This document shows, piece after piece, positions 51,533 to 63,049 of a stretch of 64,000 nucleotides of DNA; positions within the stretch are counted from its first letter, which is position 1; each line of letters opens with the position of its first letter. The notes below the pieces were generated by a model, which had not been told where the DNA came from, made no database searches, and saw only the letters and a program-made list of their open reading frames with translations. Origin of the DNA: an uncultured cyanobacterium (GTDB taxonomy: Bacteria > Cyanobacteriota > Cyanobacteriia > Cyanobacteriales > CAWUOF01). The translations under genes and the position numbers were made by a program. Location: the NCBI GenBank assembly GCA_963744145.1, contig CAVUSO010000001.1, forward strand, positions 1,120,001 through 1,184,000, written 5' to 3'.

Positions 51533-51538
51533 GTTTTT

Positions 51539-51823
51539 ATGGCAGTTAAAGAAAGAGTTGGCTTAGTTGTCAGCGACAAAATGAATAAAACTGTGGTGGT
51601 GGCAGTAGAAAATCGCTCTCCCCATCCCAAATACGGCAAAATTGTGGTTCGGACTAAGAGATATAAAGCTCACGACGAAGAAAATCAGTGCAAAACAGGC
51701 GATCGCGTTCGCATTCAAGAAACTAGACCCCTGAGTCGCACTAAACGCTGGATCGTAGCTGAAATTCTAAGCGGTAAACAACCAGTTACCATTGCCCCTA
51801 GCACCGCAAGTGCCCCCAGCTAA
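51539..51823 (+). CDS. rpsQ: 30S ribosomal protein S17
   Basis: [23 protein letters not shown]. Confidence 0.98.
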   Translation: MAVKERVGLVVSDKMNKTVVVAVENRSPHPKYGKIVVRTKRYKAHDEENQCKTGDRVRIQETRPLSRTKRWIVAEILSGKQPVTIAPSTASAPS

Positions 51824-51861
51824 AACCCTAATTGCACGTTTCCACAAACAGGAGACCCAAG

Positions 51862-52230
51862 GTGATCCAACAACAAACCTACTTAAATGTCGCTGATAAT
51901 AGCGGTGCCCGCAAATTAATGTGCATTCGGGTTCTTGGTGCAGGTAATAGTCGCTACGGTGGGATTGGCGATGTGATTATTGCTGTAGTAAAAGATGCTA
52001 TTCCCAATATGGCTGTCAAAAAATCCGATGTAGTGCGAGCTGTGATTGTGCGTACTCGCAAATCCTTACGTCGGGATAGTGGGATGAGTATTCGTTTCGA
52101 CGATAACGCTGCTGTCATTATTAACCAAGATGGTAATCCTCGCGGTACTCGGGTCTTTGGTCCAGTCGCTCGAGAATTGCGAGATAAAAACTTTACCAAA
52201 ATAGTTTCTTTAGCACCGGAGGTACTCTAA
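51862..52230 (+). CDS. rplN: 50S ribosomal protein L14
   Basis: [19 protein letters not shown] after AGGAG. Confidence 0.98.
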   Translation: MIQQQTYLNVADNSGARKLMCIRVLGAGNSRYGGIGDVIIAVVKDAIPNMAVKKSDVVRAVIVRTRKSLRRDSGMSIRFDDNAAVIINQDGNPRGTRVFGPVARELRDKNFTKIVSLAPEVL

Positions 52231-52601
52231 TGCCTGGTAAAAGAAAGAATGTTACAGCTACTGAACGCACAGGTAGATTAGCTTACAAAATGCACGTCAA
52301 AAAAGACGATACTGTGCAGGTAATTTCTGGTAAAGATAAAGGCAAAGTTAGTAAAGTATTACGGGCTTTTCCCCAACTCAGTAAAATTATCGTCGAAGGG
52401 GTAAATATTCAAACTAAACATATTAAACCCCAACAAGAAGGTGAGTCTGGTCAACGGGTGACTAGAGAAGCTCCCATTCACAGCTCTAATGTCATGCTTT
52501 ATTCCGTCAAACAAAAGGTAGCTAGCCGTGTTTGCTATACCTATAAAGAAGATGGTCGTAAAGTACGGATGCTGAAGAAAACAGGGGAAATAATTGATTA
52601 A
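52230..52601 (+). CDS. rplX: 50S ribosomal protein L24
   Basis: KOW motif [23 protein letters not shown]. Confidence 0.97.
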   Translation: MPGKRKNVTATERTGRLAYKMHVKKDDTVQVISGKDKGKVSKVLRAFPQLSKIIVEGVNIQTKHIKPQQEGESGQRVTREAPIHSSNVMLYSVKQKVASRVCYTYKEDGRKVRMLKKTGEIID

Positions 52602-52690
52602 TGATTGCAGGTTTTCCTCAATTTCTATCTAGTTGTTTAATTTCTGATCTACCTGTTCCTGACCAAGCCCAGGAACGTTAAGGACACATT

Positions 52691-53236
52691 ATGCCAGAAC
52701 CACTCAAAAGCTATTACCAAACTAAAATTGTGCCGAAATTGATGGATCAGTTCAGTTATACGAACATCCATCAAGTGCCTAAAGTAGCGAAAGTAACGAT
52801 CAATCGGGGTTTAGGAGAAGCAGCAAGTAATGCGAAAGCTCTAGAAGCATCCCTGAAAGAAATTGCCACGATCGCAGGTCAAAAACCAGTCGTTACTCGC
52901 GCTAAAAAAGCGATCGCTGGTTTTAAAATTCGGCAAGGAATGCCGGTGGGTATTATGGTGACACTTCGCTCAGACCGGATGTATTCCTTTCTAGAGCGAT
53001 TCATTCATCTGGCTCTCCCCAGAATTCGTGACTTTCGCGGCTTAAGTCCAAAAAGCTTTGATGGACGCGGTAATTACAGCGTCGGGATTAGAGAGCAACT
53101 AATTTTTCCAGAAATCGAATACGACAGTATCGATCAAATTCGCGGCATGGATATATCTATTATCACCACAGCTAACAGTGATGAAGAGGGCCGTGCTTTG
53201 CTAAAAGAAATGGGTATGCCCTTTCGGGATAACTGA
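52691..53236 (+). CDS. rplE: 50S ribosomal protein L5
   Basis: [16 protein letters not shown]. Confidence 0.98.
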   Translation: MPEPLKSYYQTKIVPKLMDQFSYTNIHQVPKVAKVTINRGLGEAASNAKALEASLKEIATIAGQKPVVTRAKKAIAGFKIRQGMPVGIMVTLRSDRMYSFLERFIHLALPRIRDFRGLSPKSFDGRGNYSVGIREQLIFPEIEYDSIDQIRGMDISIITTANSDEEGRALLKEMGMPFRDN

Positions 53237-53259
53237 GACTTGATCAAAAAGGGGAAACG

Positions 53260-53661
53260 ATGGCGGCTAACGACACAATAGCAGATATGCTAACCCGCAT
53301 CCGCAATGCGTGCCTAGCAAGGCATCAAAGTACGGAAGTACCAGCAACGAGGCTGACTCGCAGTCTAGCTCAAGTGCTGAGGGATGAAGGCTTTATCGCT
53401 GAATTTGCAGAAGATGGTGAAGGTGTGAAAAAACACCTAGTGATTTCTCTGAAATATAAGGGAAAAAATCGCCAACCAATTATCACGGCTTTGAAACGAG
53501 TTAGTAAACCTGGATTACGGGTTTATTCTAACCGCAGAGAATTACCACGGGTGTTGGGCGGAATCGGGATTGCCATTATCTCCACCTCGTCAGGAATTAT
53601 GACAGACCGACAAGCTCGACGCCAAGGATTAGGTGGGGAAGTGCTTTGCTACGTCTGGTAG
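53260..53661 (+). CDS. rpsH: 30S ribosomal protein S8
   Basis: [19 protein letters not shown]. Confidence 0.98.
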   Translation: MAANDTIADMLTRIRNACLARHQSTEVPATRLTRSLAQVLRDEGFIAEFAEDGEGVKKHLVISLKYKGKNRQPIITALKRVSKPGLRVYSNRRELPRVLGGIGIAIISTSSGIMTDRQARRQGLGGEVLCYVW

Positions 53662-53767
53662 TTAGTAATTTATCCGGTTGATTAAATCTGTCTCTTTTAG
53701 TCAGAAGTTTTTCAACCATCAACAATGAATTATTAACAAATTCGTAATTAACTTGTTTAGGAGAGCT

Positions 53768-54307
53768 ATGTCTCGGATTGGCAAGCGCCCTATTACTATT
53801 CCCAACCAAGTGACCATTTCCATTGAAGGTCAACAAGTTGCAGTTAAAGGGCCAAAAGGTGAACTTTCGCGCATTCTGCCCGCAGAAGTATTAGTGGCGC
53901 AAGAAAATAGTGTTTTGGTAGTTAAGCGTCGGGATGAATCCCGGGTCGCACGTCAACGTCATGGATTGAGCCGGACTCTGGTCGCTAACATGGTTGATGG
54001 TGTCTCCCAAGGGTTTCAGAAACGTCTGGAAATCCAGGGGGTGGGCTATCGGGCTCAAGTTCAAGGTCGCAATTTGATTTTAAACGTGGGTTACAGTAAA
54101 CCCGTGGAAATTGTCCCGATCGATGGCATCCAAATCGCTGTAGAAAACAATACTAATGTGATTGTCTCTGGCATAGATAAAGAATTAGTCGGTAATACGG
54201 CGGCCCAAATCCGGGCGGTGCGTCCACCGGAAGTTTATAAGGGTAAAGGGATTCGCTATGCGGGTGAAGTGGTCAGACGCAAAGCTGGTAAGACAGGGAA
54301 GAAATAG
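53768..54307 (+). CDS. rplF: 50S ribosomal protein L6
   Basis: [20 protein letters not shown]. Confidence 0.98.
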   Translation: MSRIGKRPITIPNQVTISIEGQQVAVKGPKGELSRILPAEVLVAQENSVLVVKRRDESRVARQRHGLSRTLVANMVDGVSQGFQKRLEIQGVGYRAQVQGRNLILNVGYSKPVEIVPIDGIQIAVENNTNVIVSGIDKELVGNTAAQIRAVRPPEVYKGKGIRYAGEVVRRKAGKTGKK

Positions 54308-54310
54308 GAT

Positions 54311-54673
54311 ATGAAGATTACTCGCAAAGAATCAGTACAAAGACGACATCGACGAGTACGACGTTGGGTGAGTGGGACTCCGGAACGTCCCCGGTTGGCT
54401 GTATTTCGCTCGAATAACCACATTTATGCTCAGGTGATTGACGATACTCAACACCATACTTTGGTGGCGGCTTCAACGGTAGAGCCGGAATTAAAGTCAG
54501 GATTAACTAATGGTGCTAATTGTGCTGCATCAATTGCGATCGGTAAATTAATTGCCCAGCGATCGCTTGATGCAGGAATTGAAAAAGTAGTTTTCGATCG
54601 GGGTGGAAATCTCTATCACGGTCGGATCAAAGCCCTAGCCGATGCCGCTCGTGAAGCGGGGTTAGACTTTTAG
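54311..54673 (+). CDS. rplR: 50S ribosomal protein L18
   Basis: [16 protein letters not shown]. Confidence 0.98.
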   Translation: MKITRKESVQRRHRRVRRWVSGTPERPRLAVFRSNNHIYAQVIDDTQHHTLVAASTVEPELKSGLTNGANCAASIAIGKLIAQRSLDAGIEKVVFDRGGNLYHGRIKALADAAREAGLDF

Positions 54674-54708
54674 TTGTGGCTTAATAGTTCAACAAGGAAT
54701 AATTCATC

Positions 54709-55260
54709 ATGGCCGAACAGCAGCAACAACAGCAACAACAGCGTCGTAGTAAAAAAAGTAATCGTAATCGGGAAAAAGAGATTACTTGGCAAGAGCGCGT
54801 CGTCCAAATCCGACGGGTCACCAAAGTAGTTAAAGGTGGTAAGAAACTCAGCTTTCGGGCTATCGTCATTGTCGGTAATGAACAAGGACAGGTCGGTGTT
54901 GGTGTGGGGAAAGCCAGCGACGTGATCGGTGCGGTGAAAAAAGGTGTAGCTGATGGGAAAAAACATCTGATTGAGGTTCCCCTAACTAAATCAAATTCTA
55001 TTCCTCATCCCGTTAATGGTGTTGGTGGTGGTGCGAAAGTGATTGTTCGTCCTGCTGCACCTGGAACTGGTGTAATTGCTGGTGGTGCCGTCCGGACGGT
55101 ACTGGAATTAGCCGGGGTGCGGAATGTGTTAGCCAAACAGCTAGGTTCTAGTAATCCCTTAAATAATGCTAGAGCTGCGGTTAATGCTTTAAATACTTTG
55201 CGGACTTTTGGCGAAGTTGCACAAGAGCGGGGTATTCCCGTCGAAAATCTCTACGCTTAA
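54709..55260 (+). CDS. rpsE: 30S ribosomal protein S5 with N-terminal poly-Gln
   Basis: [17 protein letters not shown]. Confidence 0.98.
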   Translation: MAEQQQQQQQQRRSKKSNRNREKEITWQERVVQIRRVTKVVKGGKKLSFRAIVIVGNEQGQVGVGVGKASDVIGAVKKGVADGKKHLIEVPLTKSNSIPHPVNGVGGGAKVIVRPAAPGTGVIAGGAVRTVLELAGVRNVLAKQLGSSNPLNNARAAVNALNTLRTFGEVAQERGIPVENLYA

Positions 55261-55271
55261 GGGCATAAATC

Positions 55272-55730
55272 ATGAGACTACAAGATGCTGTTCCCAAAAA
55301 GGGATCAAAAAAACGGCGACGTCGAGTTGCTAGAGGGATTTCCGCTGGTCAAGGTGCTAGCGCTGGGTTAGGGATGCGGGGTCAAAAGTCCAGATCGGGG
55401 AGCGGTACTCGTCCCGGATTTGAAGGGGGACAACAACCTTTATATAAGCGGATTCCGAAGTTAAAACACTTTACTGTCATAAATCGCAAACATTACACTA
55501 CGATCAATGTAGGTAAGCTGGCAGAACTTCCTGCTCATACAGAGGTAAACTTAGCGTCCCTAATAGCAGCAAAAATTATCACCAGTAATCGTGGTCCTCT
55601 GAAAATTTTGGGAGATGGCGAACTAAATGTCCCCCTCAAAGTTCAAGCCGCAGCTTTTACTCAGAGTGCGATCGCTAAAATTGAAGCTGCTGGTGGTAGT
55701 TATGAAATCGCCTCTCGTCAGGCAAGTTAG
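55272..55730 (+). CDS. rplO: 50S ribosomal protein L15
   Basis: [16 protein letters not shown]. Confidence 0.98.
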   Translation: MRLQDAVPKKGSKKRRRRVARGISAGQGASAGLGMRGQKSRSGSGTRPGFEGGQQPLYKRIPKLKHFTVINRKHYTTINVGKLAELPAHTEVNLASLIAAKIITSNRGPLKILGDGELNVPLKVQAAAFTQSAIAKIEAAGGSYEIASRQAS

Positions 55731-55844
55731 CATTCAAAAAAAAGATCACTTCACCCCTTTGATCATGCCGATGGTGGCGATCATCGGTAGCTTGCATTGC
55801 CATGACCAGCTCTTGCCATAGGATCACTACCCAGGTATACCTTT

Positions 55845-57191
55845 ATGGTTGTTAGTCGAGACAAAACACCAAGCGCCCAGGAAACATTTATGCAAATGGC
55901 TCAAGCGGCTGGTCTGCGAGGACGAGTGCTTGTGACCCTGGGCTTGTTAATTTTGGTACGATTAGGTGTTCACTTACCCGTACCCGGAATCGATCGGGTG
56001 AGATTTTCCCAAGATATCCAAAATAATACCCTTTCTAATCTAATTAGCTTCGTTGATATTTTCTCTGGTGGTGGCTTACGAGCCCTAGGGATTTTTGCCT
56101 TGGGAATTTTACCATATATCAATGCTTCCATTATTGTGCAACTTTTAACAGCAGCAATTCCGGCTCTAGAAGATTTGCAAAAAAATGAAGGGGAAGCAGG
56201 AAGAAGGAAAATTTCTCAGATTACCCGTTATGTCGCTTTGGGATGGTCGATCATTCAAAGTGTAGGTTTAGCATGGTTTTTGAATAATCCTCCTGGAGAT
56301 AAAGTTAGCTATGCTTTGGAACCAGGATGGATATTTGTCGCCCAAACAGCGACCGCTTTAGCAGCTGGTTCGATGTTTGTGATGTGGATTTCCGAGTTAA
56401 TCACGGAACGGGGGATTGGTAATGGGGCTTCGTTATTGATCTTTTTGAATATTGTGGCAGTTCTGCCCAATTCTTTAAATCAAACCATCCAATTGGTAGA
56501 AGCTTCTCAAAGTCAAGAACAGTCAATTGTAGCGAGATTGGTGATCTTGTTGCTAATTTTCGTGATCACAATTATTGGGATTGTTTTTGTTCAGGAAGGA
56601 ACTAGACGAATTCCGATTATTTCCGCTCGTCGTCAGGTAGGACGCAAACTGTATTTAGAAAAAAGTAGCTATCTCCCCTTAAGACTGAATCAAGGTGGAG
56701 TGATGCCCATTATTTTTGCTTCTGCTGTTTTAATTTTGCCCGCGACGATCGCCCGATTCACTAATAACCCAGTTTTGATTAAAATCGCTGATTCTCTCAG
56801 CCCAGGTGCTGCTAATCCAGTTCCTTACGTGATTTTTTACCTAGTTTTGATTCTGTTCTTCAGTTACTTCTATGCTTCATTGATTATTAATCCCATCGAT
56901 TTAGCTCAGAATTTGAAGAAAATGGGATCAAGTATTCCCGGAATTCGTCCAGGGAAAGCTACCAGTGAATATGTAGAGCGAGTGCTAAATCGACTCACCT
57001 TTTTAGGTGCGTTGTTTCTTGGTTTAGTAGCGATTGTCCCATCGGCAGTAGAAAGCACGATTGGTGTAGCCACTTTAAGAGGTTTTGGTGCAACTTCGTT
57101 GTTAATTCTGGTGGGGGTGGCGATCGATACGGCTAAACAAATTCAAACTTATGTCATTTCCCAGCGTTATGAAGGAATGGTGAAGCAGTAG
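55845..57191 (+). CDS. secY: Preprotein translocase subunit SecY
   Basis: [27 protein letters not shown]. Confidence 0.98.
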   Translation: MVVSRDKTPSAQETFMQMAQAAGLRGRVLVTLGLLILVRLGVHLPVPGIDRVRFSQDIQNNTLSNLISFVDIFSGGGLRALGIFALGILPYINASIIVQLLTAAIPALEDLQKNEGEAGRRKISQITRYVALGWSIIQSVGLAWFLNNPPGDKVSYALEPGWIFVAQTATALAAGSMFVMWISELITERGIGNGASLLIFLNIVAVLPNSLNQTIQLVEASQSQEQSIVARLVILLLIFVITIIGIVFVQEGTRRIPIISARRQVGRKLYLEKSSYLPLRLNQGGVMPIIFASAVLILPATIARFTNNPVLIKIADSLSPGAANPVPYVIFYLVLILFFSYFYASLIINPIDLAQNLKKMGSSIPGIRPGKATSEYVERVLNRLTFLGALFLGLVAIVPSAVESTIGVATLRGFGATSLLILVGVAIDTAKQIQTYVISQRYEGMVKQ

Positions 57192-57745
57192 TGACGCGAT
57201 TAATTTTTTTAGGTCCTCCCGGTTCTGGGAAAGGGACTCAGGCTCAGGTTTTAGGTAACTCTTATCAAATTCCCCATATTTCTACTGGTGATATGCTCCG
57301 TCAAGCAGTTTCTCAACAAACTGATTTAGGTAACAAAGCCAAGTCTTATATGGATAATGGGGAATTAGTTCCAGATCAGCTGATTTTAGATATGGTGAAA
57401 GAACGTCTGAGTCAAGATGATACTAAGAAGGGTTGGATTCTAGATGGATTTCCGCGCAATGTTTCTCAAGCTATAGCTTTAGATCAACAGTTAGAGGAAA
57501 TTTCCCAAACTTGCGATCGGGTAATTAATCTTGATGTCAAGGATGACATGATCGTCGATCGATTGCTCAATCGAGGTAGAGCTGATGACAATGAGGAAGT
57601 GATTCGTCGTCGCTTACAAGTTTATCGCGACCAAACAGAACCTCTGATTGATTTTTACCAGAAAAGACAAATTTTGTTGTTTGTTAATGGTGAGCAATCA
57701 ATGACAGAAGTAACAGCCGCGATCCAAAATGCTCTCAACAAATAA
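57191..57745 (+). CDS. adk: Adenylate kinase
   Basis: [23 protein letters not shown]. Confidence 0.98.
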   Translation: MTRLIFLGPPGSGKGTQAQVLGNSYQIPHISTGDMLRQAVSQQTDLGNKAKSYMDNGELVPDQLILDMVKERLSQDDTKKGWILDGFPRNVSQAIALDQQLEEISQTCDRVINLDVKDDMIVDRLLNRGRADDNEEVIRRRLQVYRDQTEPLIDFYQKRQILLFVNGEQSMTEVTAAIQNALNK

Positions 57746-57837
57746 TCCTGGGTCTAGATCTGGCTGGGGTTGCATCAGCACCAAGTCCACTTAACTATGC
57801 AACCGATCAATCTTGTTCTAATTGAGGTAAAAACAAA

Positions 57838-58062
57838 TTGGCTAAACAAGACTTAATTGAAATGGAAGGAACGGTAACAGAGTCCTTACCTAATGCCATG
57901 TTTCGGGTTGACTTAGACAATGGCTTTAATGTCTTGGCTCATATTTCCGGCAAAATTCGTCGGAATTACATTAAAATCTTGCCGGGCGATCGAGTTAAAG
58001 TGGAACTGACTCCCTATGACTTGACCAAAGGTCGGATTACCTATCGTCTCCGGAAAAAGTAG
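57838..58062 (+). CDS. infA: Translation initiation factor IF-1
   Basis: [19 protein letters not shown]. Confidence 0.98.
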   Translation: MAKQDLIEMEGTVTESLPNAMFRVDLDNGFNVLAHISGKIRRNYIKILPGDRVKVELTPYDLTKGRITYRLRKK

Positions 58063-58113
58063 CCATTTAAACAAGTTTTTTAAGAAACTCTCTAAATAAG
58101 TCACCCGGAAGCA

Positions 58114-58143
58114 TTGCGCTATTAAAGCCAATAATGATATAAT
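58114..58143 (+). promoter_or_regulatory. Internal promoter upstream of rpmJ-rpsM
   Basis: TTGCGC-N18-TATAAT with extended -10 (TGA TATAAT). Confidence 0.6.
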
Positions 58144-58173
58144 TTTGTATTTGCAGTGCTTAAAAATAAAAGC

Positions 58174-58287
58174 ATGAAAGTTAGAGCTTCTGTTCGTAAA
58201 ATTTGTGAGAAATGCCGCATCATTCGTCGTCGCGGCAGAGTCATGGTGATTTGTTCTAATCCGAAACACAAACAACGTCAAGGTTAG
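58174..58287 (+). CDS. rpmJ: 50S ribosomal protein L36 (not in the ORF track)
   Basis: Manual translation [37 protein letters not shown]. Confidence 0.98.
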   Translation: MKVRASVRKICEKCRIIRRRGRVMVICSNPKHKQRQG

Positions 58288-58363
58288 TTAGAGAGCTGTT
58301 TTCAGCGAACCTGAATTAGATTGCAATTAGTAGAACCAAGCACAAGACAAGGGAGAAACCAGC

Positions 58364-58747
58364 GTGGCACGCATTGCCGGAGTAGACCTTCCACGCGATA
58401 AGCGTGTAGAAATTGGTCTGACCTACATTTATGGAATTGGGCTATCAAGGTCCCAAGAGATTCTGGCTTCCACCGGCGTCAATCCGGATACCAGAGTTAA
58501 GGATTTAACTGACGCCGATATTACCGCTCTGCGGGAATCCGTCGAAGAGAACTATCAAGTTGAAGGGGATCTGAGACGGTGGGAGTCAATGAACATCAAA
58601 CGTCTGATGGACATTGGCACCTATCGCGGACGTTGTCATCGTTTAGGTTTGCCAGTTCGTGGTCAGCGGACCCGCACTAATGCCCGGACTCGTCGCGGGG
58701 TTCGGCGCACTGTGGCTGGTAAGAAAAAAGCAGCAGCTAAGAAATAA
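58364..58747 (+). CDS. rpsM: 30S ribosomal protein S13
   Basis: [21 protein letters not shown]. Confidence 0.98.
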   Translation: MARIAGVDLPRDKRVEIGLTYIYGIGLSRSQEILASTGVNPDTRVKDLTDADITALRESVEENYQVEGDLRRWESMNIKRLMDIGTYRGRCHRLGLPVRGQRTRTNARTRRGVRRTVAGKKKAAAKK

Positions 58748-58818
58748 ATTCTGGCGCTGGGGCATGATTAGCGTTCTGCGATCGCCAACCAAGTTCAACA
58801 CCAAGTCAAGCAACATCT

Positions 58819-59214
58819 ATGGCCCGACAACCTACGAAAAAAACTGGGGTACGTAAATCAAAACGAAACGTACCGATTGGAGTCGCTTATATCCAATCTA
58901 CCTTCAATAACACCATTGTGACCCTAACGGATCAAAACGGGGAAGTAATTTCCTGGGCATCAGCCGGTTCAAGTGGGTTCAAGGGTGCCAAAAAAGGTAC
59001 ACCATTTGCCGCACAGACTGCTGCCGAAAGTGCTGCACGTCGAGCAACCGATCAAGGAATGCGGCAAATCGAAGTCATGGTCAGCGGTCCGGGATCAGGT
59101 AGAGAAACAGCCATTCGCGCCCTCCAAGGTGCTGGGCTGGAAATTACTCTGATTCGGGACGTTACCCCGATTCCTCATAACGGCTGTCGTCCACCAAAAC
59201 AACGTCGAGTTTAG
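58819..59214 (+). CDS. rpsK: 30S ribosomal protein S11
   Basis: [21 protein letters not shown]. Confidence 0.98.
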   Translation: MARQPTKKTGVRKSKRNVPIGVAYIQSTFNNTIVTLTDQNGEVISWASAGSSGFKGAKKGTPFAAQTAAESAARRATDQGMRQIEVMVSGPGSGRETAIRALQGAGLEITLIRDVTPIPHNGCRPPKQRRV

Positions 59215-59397
59215 ACACTCAAAAGTTCTGGTGGATCGTCAAGTCAGAGGATGGCGATGTTGATCGCGGCTTTGATCTTGAAGATCACACCAAAATTATC
59301 ATGATCATAATCAAGCTACCAAAAGTGTGCGACGACATCTGGATATGTATTCAGAATTAGCTTACCTACTAGGGTTCAAGACAAAGGAGGTCACTCC

Positions 59398-60345
59398 GTG
59401 GCGCAGTTTCAGATAGAGTGTGTAGAGTCCAAAACTGAAAGAGACCAAGGGCAATACGGCAAATTTAATTTGGAGCCGCTAGATCGTGGTCAGGGAACCA
59501 CCGTTGGCAATGCGCTCAGACGGGTCATGCTGTCTAACCTAGAAGGAACATCCGTGACTGCCGTCCGGATTGCAGGAGTCAATCACGAGTTTGCCACAAT
59601 TCCAGGGATGCGGGAGGACGTATTAGAAATCCTGCTGAATATGAAGGAAATAGTTCTGAAAAGCTATGCAGCTCAACCCCAAATTGGGCGTTTAGTGGCG
59701 GATGGTCCAGGAACTGTTACCGCAGCACAGTTTGATTTACCTTCGGAAATAGAAGTGGTTAATCCTAACCAATATGTCGCAACCTTGTCTACAGGGGCGC
59801 GGTTAGAAATGGAATTTAGGATTGAAAAGGGTAAAGGATATCGTGCAGTCGATCGCGGTCGTGAAGATGGCACAGCCATCGATTTCCTGCAAATAGATGC
59901 TGTATTTATGCCCGTGCGTAAAGTCAACTATAGCATCGAAGATGCGCGGATTGGCGGCTCTTTGGAAAAAGATCGGCTAGTGATGGAAATTTGGACTAAT
60001 GGTAGTCTGACTCCCCAAGAAGCTCTCAGTGAATCAGCTAATATCCTGGTGGATCTGTTTACTCCCCTGAAAGATGTTACGACAGAATTGACGAGCAGTG
60101 ATTTTCACAATGAGGAAGATCCGACTAGCCAAATTCCGATCGAAGAATTGCAACTATCAGTTCGAGCTTATAACTGTCTCAAACGAGCCCAAATTAACTC
60201 CGTCGCGGACTTGCTTGATTACACCCAAGAAGATTTGCTCGAAATTAAAAACTTTGGGCAAAAATCCGCAGAAGAAGTGATTGAAGCATTGCAAAAACGT
60301 TTAGGCATTACCTTACCCCAAGAAAAATCAGCTAAAACTACTTAG
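59398..60345 (+). CDS. rpoA: RNA polymerase alpha subunit
   Basis: EPLDRGQGTTVGNALRR, LSVRAYNCLKRA. Confidence 0.98.
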   Translation: MAQFQIECVESKTERDQGQYGKFNLEPLDRGQGTTVGNALRRVMLSNLEGTSVTAVRIAGVNHEFATIPGMREDVLEILLNMKEIVLKSYAAQPQIGRLVADGPGTVTAAQFDLPSEIEVVNPNQYVATLSTGARLEMEFRIEKGKGYRAVDRGREDGTAIDFLQIDAVFMPVRKVNYSIEDARIGGSLEKDRLVMEIWTNGSLTPQEALSESANILVDLFTPLKDVTTELTSSDFHNEEDPTSQIPIEELQLSVRAYNCLKRAQINSVADLLDYTQEDLLEIKNFGQKSAEEVIEALQKRLGITLPQEKSAKTT

Positions 60346-60408
60346 GTGAATTAAATAGTTGCTTTTCATTAAACAAAATCCCTCTAGCCATTAAAATTTC
60401 CCAATCCT

Positions 60409-60762
60409 ATGCGTCACAGTTGTCGCGTTCCTCAACTCAGTAAACCCGCAGATCAGCGGAAAGCTCTCCTGAGAGCTTTAACCACAGAACTAATTCGTCA
60501 TGGTCAAATTAAAACGACCAAAGCTAGAGCTAAAGCGGTTAGTTGTGAAGCTGACCGAATTATTACCCTGGCTAAAGATGGTTCTTTAGCGGCTCGTCGT
60601 CGAGCTTTGGGTTATATCTATGACAAAAATTTAGTTCATGCTCTATTTGAAGGGGCAAAAGAACGATATGGCGATCGCAATGGTGGGTATACTCGCATTT
60701 TGCGGACTTTACCCCGTCAGGGAGATAATGCCGAAATGGCAATTATCGAACTGGTCGATTAA
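60409..60762 (+). CDS. rplQ: 50S ribosomal protein L17
   Basis: [17 protein letters not shown]. Confidence 0.97.
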   Translation: MRHSCRVPQLSKPADQRKALLRALTTELIRHGQIKTTKARAKAVSCEADRIITLAKDGSLAARRRALGYIYDKNLVHALFEGAKERYGDRNGGYTRILRTLPRQGDNAEMAIIELVD

Positions 60763-60810
60763 ACCATTGATTAGTCCTGAAAACGATGAAAGTAGTTTTC
60801 AGTACAGCTC

Positions 60811-61653
60811 ATGGACAATGAACCAGGTCATCAACAGCGACAACGGATTGCTCTTGCGATCCAATATCTGGGCACCAACTTTCATGGGTGGCAACGGCAA
60901 CCAAATGGACGGACAGTACAGGAGGAAATTGAAAAAGTCCTGCAAACTTTACAACAACGACCTGTAACGATCTATGGTGCTGGGAGAACTGATGCTGGTG
61001 TCCATGCAGCCGCTCAAGTTGCTCACTTTGAAATGATCGGGTCAATTCCGGGGCATCGTTGGGCGGCGATCTTAAATAATCGTCTGCCCCAGGATATTTT
61101 GATCCGCGCATCAGCACCAGTAGCTCCCACTTGGCACGCCCAATTTTCAGCCAGTTGGCGACGCTATCGCTATACCCTTTATACTGACTCCCGACCGAAT
61201 TTGTTTGTGCAACCCTATACCTGGCATTATTATCACGCACCTCTAGATGAATCGCTGATCCAAACAGCAATGATGCCCCTGATTGGTAATAATCATCTAG
61301 CTGCTTTTCGTCGTGCTGGGTCAAAGCGTCGTCATTCTTGGGTGGATGTCCAAGCTGCCGAATGCCATCGCTCTGGACATTTTATCCATATAGAAGTACA
61401 AGCTAATGGTTTTTTATATGGGATGATGCGATTGCTCGTCGGGTTATTAGTTCAGGTCGGTAGAGGGACGCGATCGGTCGCGAACTTCCAGGATATTTGG
61501 ACTAATCAACGACGAGAATTAGTGAAATATGCTGCACCAGCTCATGGATTATGTCTGTTACAAGTAGGCTATCCTGAGTCTCCGTTTCCAACCGAAGTTT
61601 GGTTTGATAGTATGCCAAAATTCCTGTTGCCCAACTCAAACTCACTTACATAA
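60811..61653 (+). CDS. truA: tRNA pseudouridine(38-40) synthase
   Basis: GAGRTDAGVHA, FLYGMMR. Confidence 0.97.
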   Translation: MDNEPGHQQRQRIALAIQYLGTNFHGWQRQPNGRTVQEEIEKVLQTLQQRPVTIYGAGRTDAGVHAAAQVAHFEMIGSIPGHRWAAILNNRLPQDILIRASAPVAPTWHAQFSASWRRYRYTLYTDSRPNLFVQPYTWHYYHAPLDESLIQTAMMPLIGNNHLAAFRRAGSKRRHSWVDVQAAECHRSGHFIHIEVQANGFLYGMMRLLVGLLVQVGRGTRSVANFQDIWTNQRRELVKYAAPAHGLCLLQVGYPESPFPTEVWFDSMPKFLLPNSNSLT

Positions 61654-61686
61654 GTAAAATCAGCTTGACGGATAATAAAAACTCCT

Positions 61687-62148
61687 ATGACTGTTAACAA
61701 AACCTATCTGCCCACCGAGGAATCCCTCGAATATAAATGGTATCTGGTAGACGCTGCGGGTCAGCGTTTAGGAAGATTAGCGAGTGAAATCGCGATGATT
61801 TTGCGGGGTAAGAATAAACCGATCTATACCCCTCACATGGATACCGGCGATTTTGTGATTGTGATTAATGCCGAAAAAGTAGAGGTCACTGGTAAAAAAC
61901 GCACCCAAAAACTTTATCGTCGTCATTCCGGTAGACCAGGGGGGATGAAGACCGAAACTTTTGCCAAACTCCAAGCTCGCATTCCCGAACGAATTGTGGA
62001 ACACGCAGTGCGCGGAATGTTACCCAAGAATTCTTTGGGTCGTAAGTTGTTTACTAAATTAAAGGTTTATACGGGCCCAAATCATCCCCATGAAGCCCAG
62101 AAACCCACAACCTTGACAATTAAAACCATTCCAGGAGGAGAAGATTAA
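61687..62148 (+). CDS. rplM: 50S ribosomal protein L13
   Basis: [18 protein letters not shown]. Confidence 0.98.
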   Translation: MTVNKTYLPTEESLEYKWYLVDAAGQRLGRLASEIAMILRGKNKPIYTPHMDTGDFVIVINAEKVEVTGKKRTQKLYRRHSGRPGGMKTETFAKLQARIPERIVEHAVRGMLPKNSLGRKLFTKLKVYTGPNHPHEAQKPTTLTIKTIPGGED

Positions 62149-62561
62149 TGCAAGTAGCAGAAAAATCCGGTTTAGCAATGTATTGGGGTACAGGACGACG
62201 CAAATCAGCGATCGCGAGAGTCCGTTTAGTACCAGGTACGGGTCTGCTGTTAATTAATGGTAAAGCTGGAGATTTATATCTCCAATTTAATCCAGCTTAT
62301 TTATCAGCCGCCAAAGGACCTCTAGAAACTTTGGGTCTAGAAAATGAATATGATATTTTAGTCAAAGTTGAAGGTGGGGGATTAACTGGTCAAGCAGAAT
62401 CCATTCGGTTAGGGGTAGCCCGAGCTTTATGTCAGCTTGATCCAGATAACCGGAAACCATTGAAAACAGAAGGTTATTTGACTCGTGATCCCCGAGCTAA
62501 AGAACGGAAAAAATATGGTTTGCGTAAAGCTCGGAAAGCACCTCAATACTCGAAACGTTAA
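62148..62561 (+). CDS. rpsI: 30S ribosomal protein S9
   Basis: [18 protein letters not shown]. Confidence 0.98.
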   Translation: MQVAEKSGLAMYWGTGRRKSAIARVRLVPGTGLLLINGKAGDLYLQFNPAYLSAAKGPLETLGLENEYDILVKVEGGGLTGQAESIRLGVARALCQLDPDNRKPLKTEGYLTRDPRAKERKKYGLRKARKAPQYSKR

Positions 62562-62664
62562 TGGTAGCGGCTCGGTTTGGGTCAATTGGGGGAGCAGTTT
62601 CCCCCTGGTGCAAACCAGTTAGAATAGTACAATAGTGATCAATAGTTCTAGGAAAGAAGAAGCA

Positions 62665-62925
62665 ATGCCAAAGCCAAATATTCACCCCAAATGGTATCCA
62701 GAAGCCAAAGTTTTCTGTAATGGGGAAGTCATTATGACGGTTGGTTCGACTAAAGAAAAAATTGATGTGGATGTCTGGTCAGGCAACCACCCATTTTATA
62801 CTGGTACTCAAAAGATTATTGATACTGAAGGACGGGTAGAGCGATTCCTGCGTAAATACGGCATGATGGATGAAGATGATTCTACTCCTAAAGAACCAGC
62901 TAAAAATCTCAAAAAGAAACGGTAG
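62665..62925 (+). CDS. rpmE: 50S ribosomal protein L31
   Basis: MPKPNIHPKWY, HPFYTG, GRVERF. Confidence 0.97.
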   Translation: MPKPNIHPKWYPEAKVFCNGEVIMTVGSTKEKIDVDVWSGNHPFYTGTQKIIDTEGRVERFLRKYGMMDEDDSTPKEPAKNLKKKR

Positions 62926-63049
62926 CAAACTCAAAGATGAGCTAGGGTTCACTGATGGGCTATGGGTTTAGTACAAATCCAGATCTCGTAATTTGGGAAA
63001 ACTAATCAATCTATTGAGTTAACTTTACTGTTTAAGAAGGAGCGATCGG

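Noticed and set aside
60809..61324. 171-aa antisense ORF, and similar antisense ORFs across the ribosomal operon and glsF
   Set aside because: Shadow ORFs of well-conserved genes.
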